64,000 nucleotides of DNA, taken from the NCBI GenBank assembly GCA_049319825.1, contig JBMORT010000006.1, positions 299,641 to 363,640 on the forward strand. Reading direction: 5' to 3'. The notes beneath the pieces are model-generated. The model did not search any database. It was not told the origin of the DNA and saw nothing but the letters and a program-made list of their open reading frames with translations. Below are positions 62,649 through 64,000 of this stretch, piece after piece. This stretch comes from Patescibacteria group bacterium (lineage in GTDB: Bacteria; Patescibacteriota; Patescibacteriia; UBA11705; DATKZF01). The translations under genes were made by a program, and so were the position numbers. Within the stretch, counting starts at the first letter, position 1, and every line of letters starts with the position of its first letter.

Positions 62649-62956
62649 TTTCGCCTAAGGTGCTGCGGCTCATGCGAAGGGACGCCGCGCCGGAGGCGCG
62701 AGGCGGCCTTTCGCATAGCCGCTGTTAGACGAAGTCGCGAAGCGACGAGGAAAACAGCGGCGGAGCCGCAGCACCTTAGCCAAAATCGCGGAGCGATTTT
62801 GGCTAACGTTAGGGATATGCGAAGTTTTTCTGGAACGAAGTGGAAGAAAAATTTGGGTGAAGCCCGAGCTGAGGGCTGAACCGCATATCCCTTGTTATAC
62901 GCCCCGACGACCGAAGGGAGGAGAGCGCAGCGTGGCACGAAGCGTAGCGGAGTGAG
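62649..62956 (+). repeat. Structured linker 3: two attC-like sites (62653-62730, 62801-62900)
   Basis: GCCTAAG..GCGGCT-C-ATGCGAA..TTCGCATAGCCGC-T-GTTAGAC; GGCTAAC..AGGGATATGCG..CGCATATCCCT-T-GTTATAC. Confidence 0.8.
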
Positions 62957-63077
62957 TTCAAAAAATATTTTTCGTCTCAATTATCGGATAGGCTTTCCTC
63001 ATTAATTATATATTTGATTTTTTCCGTTTTGAAAAATGAAAGAGGGGTTAGGGGTGAATTTCATTTTTCAAAACTCC

Positions 63078-64000
63078 TTATTCATTATGTTTTTTTATTA
63101 ATTTAACAACTCCTTCGTTAGCGTCAACCTCAACAAAGTCCCCGTCACTAAATATTTCTGTTGCATGTTTAGTTCCGACAATGCAAGGTTTTTTCATTTC
63201 TCTTGCGACAATAGCTGCATGTGAAGTTATGCCTCCGACATCCGTTACAAAAGCTACCGCTTTTTTCATTGCAGGTAATAATTGAGGGCTTGTTGCTCTT
63301 GAAATTAAAATTTCGCCTTCTTTTACCTTACTATTGTGTTGTGGTCCAAATACTAATTTTATGACGCCCTTAACTTTTCCGGGTTGTGCAATTTGACCTT
63401 TTACCGTTTCTTTATCTTCTATATCTTCTTTCATGAGTTTGTCTGCAAGAAATGTTTCTGCTTCTTTGCTGACAAGGAATTTATATTTTTTATCCACTGG
63501 GATAACAACACTATGTATCCATCTTTTTTCTAAATCTTTTGGCAAAGACTTGCCCGTCAAAATATCACAGACTTCTTCAGTATAAAGTGCTTCAAGAAAT
63601 TCAGGTTGTATTTTTTCTCTTTCTGCAACTAAATCAATAATCTTGTTAGTTAAAACATGCAAAAATTGCCTTGAATCCGCTCTAAGTGATTTGATTTTTA
63701 TCAATGATGTAGAAACATCAAATAATCTTTGCTCGTTTTCTGAAAGTTTTAATTCCTTTTTTAATTCGTTTGGCGAAGGATAAGTTTCCTCGTTTTTTGT
63801 TTCTTCTTTTATTGCGTCGATATGCTCTATAGTTAAACCTCTACCAATATATCCTTGGTCGAGCCAAAAATATTTTTGTAGTAATTCGCTTTTATTTTCG
63901 GCGGTTCTAATCTCATCGTATGCTTTTTCTGTTAAGCTTTTTTCAGCGGGGTTTCCTAAAACATGTGTGTATGTCGTTAGACTATGCTTTAGATTTTTAC
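63078..64000 (-). CDS. Protein with C-terminal PEP-utilising enzyme mobile (phospho-His) domain; 5' end outside the window
   Basis: Frame is open to the window edge; VTDVGGITSHAAIVAREMKKPCIVGT..VEVDANEG. Confidence 0.9.
   Translation of the reverse strand, partial: KNLKHSLTTYTHVLGNPAEKSLTEKAYDEIRTAENKSELLQKYFWLDQGYIGRGLTIEHIDAIKEETKNEETYPSPNELKKELKLSENEQRLFDVSTSLIKIKSLRADSRQFLHVLTNKIIDLVAEREKIQPEFLEALYTEEVCDILTGKSLPKDLEKRWIHSVVIPVDKKYKFLVSKEAETFLADKLMKEDIEDKETVKGQIAQPGKVKGVIKLVFGPQHNSKVKEGEILISRATSPQLLPAMKKAVAFVTDVGGITSHAAIVAREMKKPCIVGTKHATEIFSDGDFVEVDANEGVVKLIKKHNE

Noticed and set aside
61243-62980. ORFs and N-terminal extensions through the linkers (61425 extension, 61695, 61724, 62636)
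   Set aside because: Translations of repeated structured DNA with no protein features.

Overview
Bacterial chromosome segment, standard genetic code, most consistent with a Patescibacteria/CPR (Parcubacteria-like) genome. This lineage call is an inference from the pilin-fusion protein, CPR-type hypothetical families and SD-less AT-rich starts on core genes. The backbone carries recG, mpg, radA, two Clp ATPases, htpX/lemA, a phosphohexomutase, murI, rseP, gap, ligA, gatC/gatA, queH, pcrA, a deoxynucleoside kinase, a WecA-like transferase, rplU, recR, ybaB, dnaB, folD and glyA. No rRNA, tRNA, CRISPR, integrase, transposase or reverse transcriptase was recognised. Four layers of unexplained structure stand out. 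(1) At 61.2-64 kb, minus-strand accessory genes are each bracketed by their own gene-specific perfect inverted repeat (15 and 26 bp) and separated by highly structured, covarying attC-like linkers. (2) A GC-rich island between ligA and gatC (23.5-31.5 kb) encodes Cys/Asp-rich MopE-type repeat surface proteins, with a conserved double-hairpin element (CCCAAC..GTTGGG + second stem + boxA-like motif) at all six gene junctions of one operon. (3) Facing (inverted) arrays of degenerate 7-9-nt repeats occupy most core intergenic regions; some enclose four-helix-bundle or GxxExxY genes, most are empty, and several have entered core ORFs in frame. (4) A peptidase gene sits between two synonymous-variant copies of the recR 3' end. 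All protein calls are from motif recognition, not database searches.
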